From: Escherichia phage phiEc_1
Length of the DNA: 64,000 nt
Sequence record: LC768462.1
Direction: 5' to 3' (one strand)
The notes under the pieces were generated by a model. That model was given only the letters and a program-made list of their open reading frames with translations, was not told the DNA's origin and did not search any database. Shown here piece by piece: positions 10,259-19,458 of the stretch; position 1 is the first letter of the stretch; every line of letters starts with the position of its first letter. Made by a program: the position numbers and the translations under genes.

Positions 10259-10280
10259 TTTATACTCCTTCTACATTATC

Positions 10281-10309
10281 AACAACACAAAAAGCCTCCC
10301 AAGGGAGGC
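10281..10309 (-). terminator. hairpin plus U-run
   Basis: palindrome GCCTCCC..GGGAGGC followed by UUUUUGUG on minus strand. Confidence 0.5.
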
Positions 10310-10314
10310 AAACA

Positions 10315-10947
10315 TTACTTACAATCACCAACGGACAGGTTAAACATCTTACCTAGAGCAATCGTCTCACCTTCCCACGGAAGTTCTGCACCCTTCTCTT
10401 CCTCTAAAAGAATAGAGCCGTCGACCAAAAATTTTTCGTAGTCTCGCAGTGCGTCGTCTACTAGCTCACTCTTGTGAATCCACGTAATTGTTTCTGTACC
10501 ATCCTCTTCGATTCTAACATCACGATGCCATTCATCTTTGGAGGTAATATAATCATGGAGCATTTCGTATTCAGCTTCTTCAATCATCTCAATCATTGCA
10601 CGAGCATAGTCAGGGAGGTGATCATGTTTAGTAGATTCGTATTCAACTACTTCCAGAGTAGATGGTTGTGTTTTAGTTTTAGAATCAGGGCGAGTGGTAT
10701 GAATCAAATCTAACATGTTTTTGTTCTCCGTAATATTTGGTTTAAGAATACTTCCACTATATAAATCTTGTACAGCCAGTCCTGAAATATTTCCCATAGT
10801 TTCTAAATGCTGTAAGCTACAACCAGAGCAACATAGCTGTGAATTATAGTCAACCATGTCCATTGCTTTGATGTGGAAAGGAGAACCAGAAGGGAAACTA
10901 CCTCCATAAACACCTTCCATATTAACTGCGATTATTTGATTATTCAT
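10315..10947 (-). CDS. hypothetical protein
   Basis: 210-aa ORF. Confidence 0.55.
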   Translation of the reverse strand: MNNQIIAVNMEGVYGGSFPSGSPFHIKAMDMVDYNSQLCCSGCSLQHLETMGNISGLAVQDLYSGSILKPNITENKNMLDLIHTTRPDSKTKTQPSTLEVVEYESTKHDHLPDYARAMIEMIEEAEYEMLHDYITSKDEWHRDVRIEEDGTETITWIHKSELVDDALRDYEKFLVDGSILLEEEKGAELPWEGETIALGKMFNLSVGDCK

Positions 10948-11194
10948 CTGTCTCTCCCTTGCTGTAATCTTTGTATGTTTCTACTTTGTAAGTGCGGAAT
11001 GCTCTGAAGAAGAGCCAACCAAAACTACTTACATCAATTGTAATATCGAAATCTGTTTCATCATCTAAATCAACAAGACGACCTAAGCATGTAGCTTCCA
11101 TCACTTCTTCAGAGTCACTGTTGATTACAAAAGCGTATGTCTCCGTTCTGAACCGAGGCACCATCTCTGATAAAAAGTCTAATACTAAATTCAT
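10940..11194 (-). CDS. hypothetical protein
   Basis: 84-aa ORF overlapping previous by 8 nt. Confidence 0.35.
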   Translation of the reverse strand: MNLVLDFLSEMVPRFRTETYAFVINSDSEEVMEATCLGRLVDLDDETDFDITIDVSSFGWLFFRAFRTYKVETYKDYSKGETDE

Positions 11195-11214
11195 AATCCT
11201 TCTCCTCTGAATAA

Positions 11215-11435
11215 AAGTATAAAGGGCACATCATAAGACCTACCCGTAAAGGCCACCTCACATTAACACCCGTGAGAATACCTGTATTCATTTTCGTAGT
11301 CTTCTTCAGAGAAGCTACCGTATTCATCTTCTGTCATACATCCCTCTGATAAAGTTAAGACATAAAGGGGACGTCATCTTTGATGACTACTTCACATTAA
11401 GGCACCCCCATAAAGGCCATGTCACGTTAAGGCCT
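11215..11435. repeat. iteron-like repeats, at least 4 copies of TAAAGG(G/C)(C/G)AC.TCA
   Basis: copies at ~11220, 11246, 11362, 11410 in divergent intergenic region next to terminase genes. Confidence 0.5.
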
Positions 11436-12309
11436 ATCCATCCATGTGCTGTGTTTAAGCTTTCCACATTTACTACATCTCCAAGTGGACTTATAAAGGG
11501 TGTGAACTCTTTCATCCCCGTAAGCTTTGCGTATCCGATAGTACTCATGATCACATTTGAATTGCTTAATGATTAACTTAATTTTCCACATAAGTTCTCT
11601 TTCAACCTTATATATAAGAGTTTAAAATTCTGATTTGACCGAGTGGACCTAGCCGCTTCCCGCGTGTTTCCTAAAAAGGGGGAGTCCTCATTTAAAAAAG
11701 GGTTATTGGCAATGCCTTTAAGCCCATTCCCACGTTCCAACCTTTCCCCGTGCCTACTCCCCGTAATTATTCCCCCGTGTATACCATCCTATTCATTAGC
11801 TACCCGTTTATTTAGTTCCCCTTTAAAGAGTGAGAGAAAGGCCAGCACTGTACAGGCACTACCATAAGAGAGCTAATAATACCCATAAGTAATAGCTCAC
11901 ATCCCCCATAGTTACGTTGATAATAGTTTCAATAGTAATGATTATGAGTGCAATAATGATGTATGTATTAATTAAGTGGAAAGATTATGTTTGATGTTTA
12001 TTATATTCTTTTATTACTTTCTTTTTTCAGCGTTCTTTTATTCTTTTCTTTTAACGTTCGATGTGTATGAGTTTACATTAATAGTTAACTAATTATTTAA
12101 GTGGTATATTATTACCGCACTATCTTGCATGTTTCCCCGTGGTCTGTTCTGCGGTTGTTGTATCCCCGTTTGTCCTGGTCTGTTGGTCTGTTACCCGTAG
12201 TGTTATAAAGTAACAATATCTAGTAAGCTGATTCTCTGAGTATGGAAAGTTTAGTAAATTAAATTCCTTTAGTTTTCAGTGAGTTATAGGAAAGTTAGAA
12301 AATAAATGG

Positions 12310-12337
12310 TTGACAGCCTTTTCCTTTATTATATAGT
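12310..12337 (+). promoter_or_regulatory. sigma70-type early promoter
   Basis: TTGACA-16 nt-TATAGT with A-rich upstream, 45 nt before first early ORF. Confidence 0.65.
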
Positions 12338-12381
12338 TGCGATTGTAGTTTGTAGTTTTCATCAACCATAAGGAATATCAA

Positions 12382-13254
12382 ATGTCTAAAGTAGCAATTA
12401 ACCACTTGAACAAAGCAAACGAAAGCCTTTCCTCTTTAGGCTTAACCGTTGGTAGTCCTGATGCGTGGATGGAAAACGAAAGTGCACGTAAAGGATTCAA
12501 AAACTCAATCATGTTGGCTTGCTTGATCATCAATTCTACTGCGAACGCTTTACAGTGTGAAGATGAAAGCACGTTCAAAGAGAACGGTTTTACCGATATG
12601 CAGGACGCTATTAATTGCTACATTCAGGCTAATTTAGATAGCTGGAATCAGAAAGATTGGCCTGAGTCGTGCCGTGATGTGAAAGCTGAATTATCCCGCT
12701 TGTCTGTCATGGTTGAAGCATGGAACAAGAAAAACAAGAAACAGCCAATCAAGCCTACTGTTGCAAGTAAGATTATGAAGTCTGTTAATCTGGCAAGTTA
12801 TGCACTGGTTGCAGCTATTGGTGTTAGTGCACTGGTCACATCTCTTTCTGATAAGGCTATCGCTAGTCCTACTCCTGCAACTGATGCCGCTGATGTTTTC
12901 GCTAGTTCCATCAATAAGGGTTGGATGATTTGCAACGGTGCGGATAGTGATGGAAGTACTATTGTATTAAAAATGAAGTTTAGCAACGTAACTAATGATG
13001 GCGTTCTCTTTCAGTCTAAGACACTAGACAATCAGCCTAACAATGATCTAGTTCTCAAGCGCACCGATAGTGACTCGGATATGGTTACATTTGGCACTGT
13101 ACAACGTTACGAAGACGTTAAAGCTGTAACCAATCTAGTGAGTTATGGTCCGGTTAATGAGTCGATGATCGCCACTACCGTTTATAATAACGCTGATAAC
13201 GCTGTTTATACCGTTCACGTTAATTTAGCCAACTGCATTAAGGCTAGTAAGTAA
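12382..13254 (+). CDS. early protein, hypothetical
   Basis: 290-aa ORF after strong promoter; one hydrophobic segment. Confidence 0.7.
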   Translation: MSKVAINHLNKANESLSSLGLTVGSPDAWMENESARKGFKNSIMLACLIINSTANALQCEDESTFKENGFTDMQDAINCYIQANLDSWNQKDWPESCRDVKAELSRLSVMVEAWNKKNKKQPIKPTVASKIMKSVNLASYALVAAIGVSALVTSLSDKAIASPTPATDAADVFASSINKGWMICNGADSDGSTIVLKMKFSNVTNDGVLFQSKTLDNQPNNDLVLKRTDSDSDMVTFGTVQRYEDVKAVTNLVSYGPVNESMIATTVYNNADNAVYTVHVNLANCIKASK

Positions 13255-13278
13255 ATAACCTATTTTGGGAGTGTAAAA

Positions 13279-13545
13279 ATGGCTATCAAAGAAATTAAGT
13301 TATCTAATGGCTTTTCTTGTTTTGTTGGTGGAAGCTCTATCCTGTTTAATACACTTGATGGTCAGATAATCTTGCCTGTTATCACTTTTTGCAGGATGGA
13401 ATATCAGCCTCTTAAAGATTGGCTAGCCTTTGCTGATTTCGAAATTACCCGCGATGATTTCAGATCAATCTATATTGACGGTGATTTGTCGCTGGCTAAC
13501 CTGCTTAATCATGGTCTGATTGGGGATGATACCAATGGGAAATGA
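13279..13545 (+). CDS. hypothetical protein
   Basis: 88-aa ORF. Confidence 0.5.
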   Translation: MAIKEIKLSNGFSCFVGGSSILFNTLDGQIILPVITFCRMEYQPLKDWLAFADFEITRDDFRSIYIDGDLSLANLLNHGLIGDDTNGK

Positions 13546-13792
13546 AACTATCGCGCTAATTGATACGCATAATTACGGTGGCGTTACGTTATCCTTTGAT
13601 GAATCAGCCGACGTTGGCTATTTGTCTTTTCTTTCCAAAGGTGAGATACAAAATATACGCTTTCCTATTGTCTGTTTAGTGCAAGATTATATAACCGTTG
13701 GGAAGTATTTAGCCCAACGCGGGATTCTCCTGTCGCTGGAAGAAGTGGAACAGATTAGCGTAGCATTTTTTGGTGAGGATAGCAACCAATGA
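13520..13792 (+). CDS. hypothetical protein
   Basis: 90-aa ORF. Confidence 0.45.
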   Translation: MGMIPMGNETIALIDTHNYGGVTLSFDESADVGYLSFLSKGEIQNIRFPIVCLVQDYITVGKYLAQRGILLSLEEVEQISVAFFGEDSNQ

Positions 13793-13891
13793 TTCATGAT
13801 TATTTTTGGCGTTGCTTGTTCGTTGTTACAGTGGCGTTATTCGTCGCTGATATGCTTTATTCTTACATTCTCTAACTAAAGGTTTATTATC

Positions 13892-14257
13892 ATGGGTGTT
13901 ATCAAGTTTGTAGTGAAAGTATTTGTAGGCTTCTTTCTGGTTGTTCTCCTGTTAGGTGTCCTGCTGTCATCTATGGGTAGCGTTAAGGCTGCAACATTTT
14001 CCCCTGATACGGTTGACGGTTTACAGTGCACCTATTTGATAGAAAACTATGAAACTGGTAAAAAGTCACCTAAAGTTATTATTTTACATGTGAATGATTT
14101 CGAACATGTACAATCATACGATAAAACTATTCAACTGGTAAATGAAACTACCGGTAAACAAATTACGGTGGATCACTTGATGCGCTCATCGTTGACGCTC
14201 TTTGATGAGTCCATGAATGAAATGGCATCCGGTAACGGTCAATGTGTAAATCCATAG
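13892..14257 (+). CDS. membrane-anchored/secreted protein
   Basis: N-terminal hydrophobic segment FVGFFLVVLLLGVLL. Confidence 0.55.
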   Translation: MGVIKFVVKVFVGFFLVVLLLGVLLSSMGSVKAATFSPDTVDGLQCTYLIENYETGKKSPKVIILHVNDFEHVQSYDKTIQLVNETTGKQITVDHLMRSSLTLFDESMNEMASGNGQCVNP

Positions 14258-14516
14258 GCTTAATCTTTCTCCTGTATTGTGCCGTAGTCATGCCTATGGT
14301 CATAATTTATCTGATTCTCTAATCCTTCCTGTAAGCCTCCTAGTGAGGCTTTTCTCTTTTATGAGGTGATTGTATGCCTTACTCCCTTTTAGCTCGTTGT
14401 GATGCGTTTTAGGCCGCTAAATATCGCTTTACAAGCCGTTTTCTATGATGTATCGCGTGCGCCTGCTCTTTTACCTTCCTATAGTGAAAAAGTTTAAAAT
14501 AATTTGCTTTACCCTA

Positions 14517-14544
14517 TTGCAACCTCATCTGATTAGCGTATACT
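14517..14544 (+). promoter_or_regulatory. candidate sigma70 promoter
   Basis: TTGCAA-16 nt-TATACT. Confidence 0.45.
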
Positions 14545-14576
14545 TCATTTCATCGGGTACGATGTAAAACATACAA

Positions 14577-14605
14577 GGCAAGAAATTGCCCCGCTCTTTA
14601 AAAAT
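14577..14605 (+). promoter_or_regulatory. boxB-like hairpin + boxA-like element (antitermination site 1)
   Basis: GGCAA-GAAA-TTGCC hairpin then CGCTCTTTAAAAAT. Confidence 0.55.
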
Positions 14606-14641
14606 CAGGCTAGAAAGTGAAAATATTCTCAAAAAAGAGTA

Positions 14642-14670
14642 TTGACACCGGAAAAAGCCTGATATATAGT
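14642..14670 (+). promoter_or_regulatory. strong sigma70 promoter
   Basis: TTGACA-17 nt-TATAGT, A-rich UP-like element upstream. Confidence 0.7.
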
Positions 14671-14677
14671 GAGCATA

Positions 14678-14714
14678 GTCAGCGATGACTTAAAAAATCC
14701 CGCTCTTTAAAAAT
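14678..14714 (+). promoter_or_regulatory. boxB-like hairpin + boxA-like element (antitermination site 2)
   Basis: GTCA-GCGA-TGAC hairpin then CGCTCTTTAAAAAT. Confidence 0.6.
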
Positions 14715-14972
14715 ATGATTTGTCTTACGGGTGGCGGCGACGTCATTACTATAAGGCGCTCAGTTAATTGGTAGAATTGATTCCTGATTCATACGTGACG
14801 CAGGCGGACAATAAGCAATATCAATAAGCCTTATTTGTTCGATACTTTCAAAAGATTAATGCTTGAAAGCGCACTAGATTCCCTGAAAGACAAATCAGAC
14901 TTATCATCTTGCCCTTTCGCATAGATTCACGCGAGATAAGGGAAAGGAATTAAAAGAAGATGATAAAAAGAG

Positions 14973-15001
14973 TTGCAAACGTGGTTAAAGTAGTCCATAC
15001 T
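14973..15001 (+). promoter_or_regulatory. candidate sigma70 promoter
   Basis: TTGCAA-17 nt-CATACT. Confidence 0.4.
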
Positions 15002-15160
15002 AACCACAAGTTAGCAAAACATCGCTAACTAGTTCCCAAATCAACGTATCGCGGGAAAGGTGGCACATAGTGCAGCGATTAGTTCAGGTGTAGGCGGCCT
15101 GTTAATGAATCAGTAAGCCTTCAATGTGACAGTGATTAGCAGACACTTTAAAAGGCTAAA

Positions 15161-15174
15161 CGCTCTTTAACAAT
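15161..15174 (+). promoter_or_regulatory. boxA-like element (site 3)
   Basis: CGCTCTTTAACAAT, closest match to the rrn boxA core as I recall it. Confidence 0.5.
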
Positions 15175-15274
15175 ATGAGTCATAAGTTAAGCCTCACCGC
15201 TTAATCTTCAATCAAATAAAGCTGATTGATATATCCTCCCAATAGCGGGAACGACGAAAAAGATTAAAAAGCGG

Positions 15275-15303
15275 TTGACAGCGAAAACAACATGATTCAT
15301 AAT
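15275..15303 (+). promoter_or_regulatory. strong sigma70 promoter
   Basis: TTGACA-17 nt-CATAAT, A-rich upstream. Confidence 0.7.
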
Positions 15304-15364
15304 GAGCACTCACTAAGCAAATCATCGCTTCAGTGAAAAGCGTAACAACGGCTAACAGTTGCAT

Positions 15365-15407
15365 AGTGTGAGAAAGCACACTGATAGATTTACCGCTCTT
15401 TAATAAT
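15365..15407 (+). promoter_or_regulatory. boxB-like hairpin + boxA-like element (antitermination site 4)
   Basis: AGTGTG-AGAAAG-CACACT hairpin then CGCTCTTTAATAAT. Confidence 0.6.
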
Positions 15408-16226
15408 TTAAACATTCTCCTATATCGGTTGAATATGCTTGATGATAATAACCATCGGAAAGCATACCAGATAAAACGGCGTAAAACTCCCTAAATTATC
15501 AGGGTAAACAGTTTTACATTCCCTTACTGGAAACGTCACCATTGATAAACGGATTCATTGAGTACACGCAAAGACTTGAGCTAATCGCCCACGGTTAAGG
15601 GTAGCGGCGGTCATTGCTAACACGGTGCTACAGTGAAAGAAGTTAATCAGGGTAGGCAATCCCGACGAATTAACGCTCAATTGAGAGCGGCGGGGAGTGG
15701 TTAAAAAGTGGCAAATTGCTATTTAACAATAAGGTTTAGTGTGAACGTTTACAATGTGAACGGCTTGAGATTCATCTTATGATGAAAGTACATAGTCGGT
15801 TTATGTAGTAAACTTGCCGAAAGATATAAAACGTCGGAACATTAGACGGTCAATGACTCTTTCGCAATAGTATCCCGTAGTGGGCGATGACTAGCGATTG
15901 AGAGTTGATATAAAAGGATAGGCGAGAGCGAAAGCAAAGTAAACGATATTGCCGACGGTTACAATAACGTAACTAATTAGAGTCGGACGCACTGCCTTAT
16001 TGTGATGATTGATCATCGCTATCAGGTCGGCTTCGTTTATAGCGACTAATTAAAGATACCAGATGAAACATCACGGATAAGGGGGCGGCAAGGTTAACTC
16101 CTGATAAGACCGCCCCGCTTACCTATAACTACTTAACAACGAGTGGTTATAGTTAAGTTAATAGTGACTTAAACAAGCTCATAGAGAGCGGGGCAATAGC
16201 GCCCTTACAATTGAAAGGTGAATATT

Positions 16227-17126
16227 ATGGCTAAAATCTTTACTCTGGTTAACGAATCCGGTTTTAATGCTCTGGCTAACAACATTCGCAGTAATAACGC
16301 GGCGATCAAACAAGATGTTTCTAACTTCCTGTTAGGTCATTTGCAGCACTTTCGTAGCAACGGTAAGAAGTTAGATGTATTGCAGGCGGCGGTTGACTTC
16401 CTGTTAACCGAACGTTTCCGCGATATGGATGTTATTGCCACCGCGATTACTTTCTTAACTCCTATCAAGTTTAACACCGATGCGGCAAATGGTCGTAAAA
16501 AGTGGATTAATCTGGAAGGTGAGGCGAAAGCTAAAGAAGATGCGAAAGAAGCGCAAATTAAGGCCAAAATGGAACAAAACCGCGCTCGCTGGTCAAACGC
16601 TTTCGAAAACTTTGCATTAGGTCGTGCAATTGAAGTGGATAATCCTAACTTCTACAAAGGTTGCAATGACAACGTGGCGGCACACCTGCAAATTCCGGCG
16701 AAAAACAAGGAAGATTTTAATCAGGATATTTACGCTTTGGTTGAACGCTTGAATGCAATCCGTATTGAAGCCAAATTACTGGCTGATGAGCGCAACGGCG
16801 CAACCAGCGATAACACTATCGCCCTGAGTGAAGAAGTTGGGAAGGTTAAAAAGTCCTTTGATTCACTCATCAAGAAAATCACGGCCTCGACGGTAGCGAT
16901 CTCGGATGATTATCTGATGAACGCATCAAGCAAGGAATTAGAATCACTCGATTCATACGCTGATGAAATGGAAAAGACTGTTGCAGCTATGCAGGAGAAG
17001 TTAGAAAGTCTGCGCGGTCGTATCTCTTCAACGGTTGCTACCCGTAGCGAACAAGCGGCGAAAGCAGAAGAGGAAGAAGTATTGCGTAAAGCGGCTGAAA
17101 TTATGGCGGCACGTCAAGCGGCATAA
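16227..17126 (+). CDS. early protein, hypothetical
   Basis: ATG with GAAAGGTG SD (track start 16218 is GTG); 300 aa, coiled-coil C-terminus. Confidence 0.7.
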   Translation: MAKIFTLVNESGFNALANNIRSNNAAIKQDVSNFLLGHLQHFRSNGKKLDVLQAAVDFLLTERFRDMDVIATAITFLTPIKFNTDAANGRKKWINLEGEAKAKEDAKEAQIKAKMEQNRARWSNAFENFALGRAIEVDNPNFYKGCNDNVAAHLQIPAKNKEDFNQDIYALVERLNAIRIEAKLLADERNGATSDNTIALSEEVGKVKKSFDSLIKKITASTVAISDDYLMNASSKELESLDSYADEMEKTVAAMQEKLESLRGRISSTVATRSEQAAKAEEEEVLRKAAEIMAARQAA

Positions 17127-17150
17127 GTAAGACAATTTAAATAAACATAA

Positions 17151-17183
17151 GGCGCTATCTTAACGGGTAGCGCCTTTTCTTTT
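17151..17183 (+). terminator. intrinsic terminator
   Basis: GGCGCTA..TAGCGCC hairpin + TTTTCTTTT. Confidence 0.65.
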
Positions 17184-17228
17184 ATCAGTGCATTGATTCA
17201 GTGCATTAATCAAAGAATCTAATTAAAG

Positions 17229-17456
17229 GTGACGATCATGTTAATTACACATACCACGATCTATAGGAATCTTGTCAACGGTCAACATTACCGACTATCT
17301 AAAAAGTATGGCGTTGAATGTAAATGTGTTATTACCGGTGAATGGTATCCGTCGCCAATGAAGATTGAAACGTTGGAACGTGAAGCGATCAGCTATATTA
17401 TCACGCAAGAAACAACGTTAGGTCGTATCTTAAGAAAGTTGGGATTGAGAAAATGA
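17229..17456 (+). CDS. hypothetical protein
   Basis: 75-aa ORF with SD. Confidence 0.5.
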   Translation: MTIMLITHTTIYRNLVNGQHYRLSKKYGVECKCVITGEWYPSPMKIETLEREAISYIITQETTLGRILRKLGLRK

Positions 17457-17677
17457 TATTCAGTAGCAATTTTGGCAAGTGTCCTATTTGTGAGAAACAT
17501 CGCAGCACGGGAAACCATCGCAAATGTAGTAAGATATTACAGCGCCAACGTGATAACAAACATTGGGATACTGTACACACTAACCAGCGTAAAGAAGAAG
17601 TTAGGAAAATGGCTGTTAAAGCGTCATTTGCTCAATCCACCCGTATTGAACACATTCAAAGGTATCAAGCATTATGA
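17453..17677 (+). CDS. small basic Cys/His-containing protein
   Basis: CPICEKH...H..C pattern; overlapping start/stop with neighbours. Confidence 0.45.
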   Translation: MIFSSNFGKCPICEKHRSTGNHRKCSKILQRQRDNKHWDTVHTNQRKEEVRKMAVKASFAQSTRIEHIQRYQAL

Positions 17678-17883
17678 TCACTAACATTTCAGAATTTAAG
17701 AAAGCACCTTCCCGCTTGTTAGGCCGTCGTGTTGTATATCTTTACAGCAATAAAGGTAAATGTACAACTGGACGAATTACAACGGTGAGTAGTGCTAACA
17801 AGAAACTGTTAAAGTTATGCGTAGCTATGGATGACGGTACAATCCTGCTACGCAGTTGGAAATCGTTTAGTTTACTAGATTAA
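17674..17883 (+). CDS. hypothetical protein
   Basis: 69-aa ORF. Confidence 0.45.
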   Translation: MITNISEFKKAPSRLLGRRVVYLYSNKGKCTTGRITTVSSANKKLLKLCVAMDDGTILLRSWKSFSLLD

Positions 17884-17952
17884 GTTATTTGTTCAAGCCT
17901 ATCGCCTTGATGGGCTTGCCCGATATAACTTATCACTGAAAGGAATAAGATT

Positions 17953-18396
17953 GTGGCTAAATCTAAAATCAGCATGAAGGGCGGGCGTTGTTTTGCTATC
18001 TCTGAACTAGAGAAAGAGAAACCGAAGGCAACTAATCACGTTAGTAAGCGTAGTTTAAAACGTCGTGCTGCAAAGGCTGAGGCTGAATCCCATGTTCCTT
18101 CCAGTGTGGCAAAGCGTGTAGGCCATCGTGTCCATCGGGCTGATGCGTTGTTGTTGGCTGATCATAAACGTTCTTTGTTAAAGAGCGGGGGAGCTAAAAC
18201 AGAAGAGGAGAAGAAGTTAGAAATCTTCTGTAATGGTCGCACCCGTGGTAAACAGAAGTTTAAAGGTAGCACGAAAGACCCGCAGGCTTTCCCTAAGACA
18301 AGCCAGTGTGCACCTGATGTTTTCTACGCAGATAGTAAACACAAGTGGGGCGTTGAAAAATACATTGACCCCATCAAAGAGGCAAGGGTTAAGTAG
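17953..18396 (+). CDS. basic protein, hypothetical
   Basis: 147-aa lysine/arginine-rich ORF. Confidence 0.55.
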   Translation: MAKSKISMKGGRCFAISELEKEKPKATNHVSKRSLKRRAAKAEAESHVPSSVAKRVGHRVHRADALLLADHKRSLLKSGGAKTEEEKKLEIFCNGRTRGKQKFKGSTKDPQAFPKTSQCAPDVFYADSKHKWGVEKYIDPIKEARVK

Positions 18397-18476
18397 TAGG
18401 AATATAGCCCCCTCTTTTAGTACTATGACGCTCTTTCTGTAGCGTCGTGCCCTCTCCCCATTTGAAGCTTCCGCAT

Positions 18477-18499
18477 AGCCGCCTTTGAGCGGCTTTTTG
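18477..18499 (+). terminator. intrinsic terminator
   Basis: AGCCGC-cuuuga-GCGGCU + U5. Confidence 0.6.
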
Positions 18500-18561
18500 C
18501 GTTGCTGTAAGTGCATTTGCGAGTGTATTTATAGCAACGGTCATGTGTTGCTTTCAGGTTT

Positions 18562-18587
18562 GCCCCGGCTACGGCTGGGGCTTTTTT
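18562..18587 (+). terminator. intrinsic terminator/attenuator
   Basis: 8-bp GC-rich stem with UACG loop + U6, 27 nt before next ATG. Confidence 0.6.
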
Positions 18588-18613
18588 ATGTCTACTGTAT
18601 AGGAATCTATGAA

Positions 18614-19348
18614 ATGAAAGCAATTGTATTATCCTCAATCCTAGCTCTGTCCGTAATGGCATCGCCTGTTTTTGCTAAAAGTGGAAACAATGGCAATGGC
18701 AATGGAGGTTGTGGTGTAGGTCAATCTACCAATGGTTGCGGTATCGGAGATTGGTTTAAAGGTGAAAAAGGTGATCAGGGAGAGAAAGGCGACACTGGCG
18801 CTAATGGCATTGATGGTAAAGATGGCATTGATGGTAAAGATGGCATTGATGGTAAAGATGGCATTGATGGTAAAGATGGCATTGATGGAGAACAAGGCGC
18901 TCAAGGTGAAAAAGGTGATTCTGGTGCAGATGGTAAGAAAGGCGAAACTGGCCTAACTGGTGCAGCAGGTTTGAATGGCGTTGACGGATTAAATGGCAAA
19001 AACGGTAAAGATGCAGATATGTCTGCCGTTAATGCTAACGCCAAATCCATCAAAGCTCTGGAACAATCCACCAATAAACGTTTTGCTTCTTTGCAAAAAC
19101 AAGTAGACCGTAACCGTGATCATGCCTCTGCTGGTATTTCTGGCGTGGCTGCAATGGCTAACATCCCGCAAGTAAGTCAAGGATCTGCTTTCTCTGTTGG
19201 TGCTGGGGTAGGTGCTTACGATGGTGAATCTGCTCTTGCTATTGGTGTTAGTGCTCGTTTCAATGAAAACTTAGTAACTAAAGCATCAGTGGCAATGACT
19301 TCAGAGAGTGACGCTGTTCTGGGCGCTGGTGTAAGTTACGAGTGGTAA
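18614..19348 (+). CDS. secreted collagen-repeat protein with YadA-like C-terminal anchor (trimeric-autotransporter-like)
   Basis: signal peptide MKAIVLSSILALSVMASPVFA; Gly-X-Y repeats; C-terminal anchor-like region ending VSYEW. Confidence 0.65.
   Translation: MKAIVLSSILALSVMASPVFAKSGNNGNGNGGCGVGQSTNGCGIGDWFKGEKGDQGEKGDTGANGIDGKDGIDGKDGIDGKDGIDGKDGIDGEQGAQGEKGDSGADGKKGETGLTGAAGLNGVDGLNGKNGKDADMSAVNANAKSIKALEQSTNKRFASLQKQVDRNRDHASAGISGVAAMANIPQVSQGSAFSVGAGVGAYDGESALAIGVSARFNENLVTKASVAMTSESDAVLGAGVSYEW
18806..18877. repeat. 18-bp perfect tandem repeat x4 (GGCATTGATGGTAAAGAT), encodes GIDGKD
   Basis: read directly; fifth diverged unit follows. Confidence 0.9.
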
Positions 19349-19458
19349 GATAGTGCCTCTCCCGAAAGGGAGGGGTGTTTCTATAAGCATCTTTTCGAGG
19401 GTGTTTATTGAAACAACAAAACAGGAGGTAGCAAGTTCTGATAACAACGGCACAGCTA

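Noticed and set aside
10259-10270. TAATGTAGA near-match to the TAATGTATA motif upstream of the small terminase gene, and AAATGTATA near 41880
   Set aside because: One-mismatch copies; not counted among the exact occurrences because chance matches are likely at this stringency.
11115-11327. 70-aa minus-strand ORF at edge of intergenic repeat region
   Set aside because: Overlaps the iteron-like repeats and the 10940-11194 ORF; the coding-like appearance probably comes from the repeats.
15212-15415. 67-aa minus-strand ORF in the early leader
   Set aside because: Lies antisense across a strong plus-strand promoter and boxA element; no SD; likely spurious.
18806-18877. Possible CRISPR-like array
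   Set aside because: Perfect contiguous 18-bp repeats without spacers, inside a coding region encoding Gly-X-Y repeats; not a CRISPR array.
18641-18956. ORFs 18641-18904 (minus) and 18732-18956 (plus) with repetitive MALMVK/NAIFTI peptides
   Set aside because: Alternative-frame readings of the 18-bp tandem repeat in the collagen-repeat gene, not independent genes.
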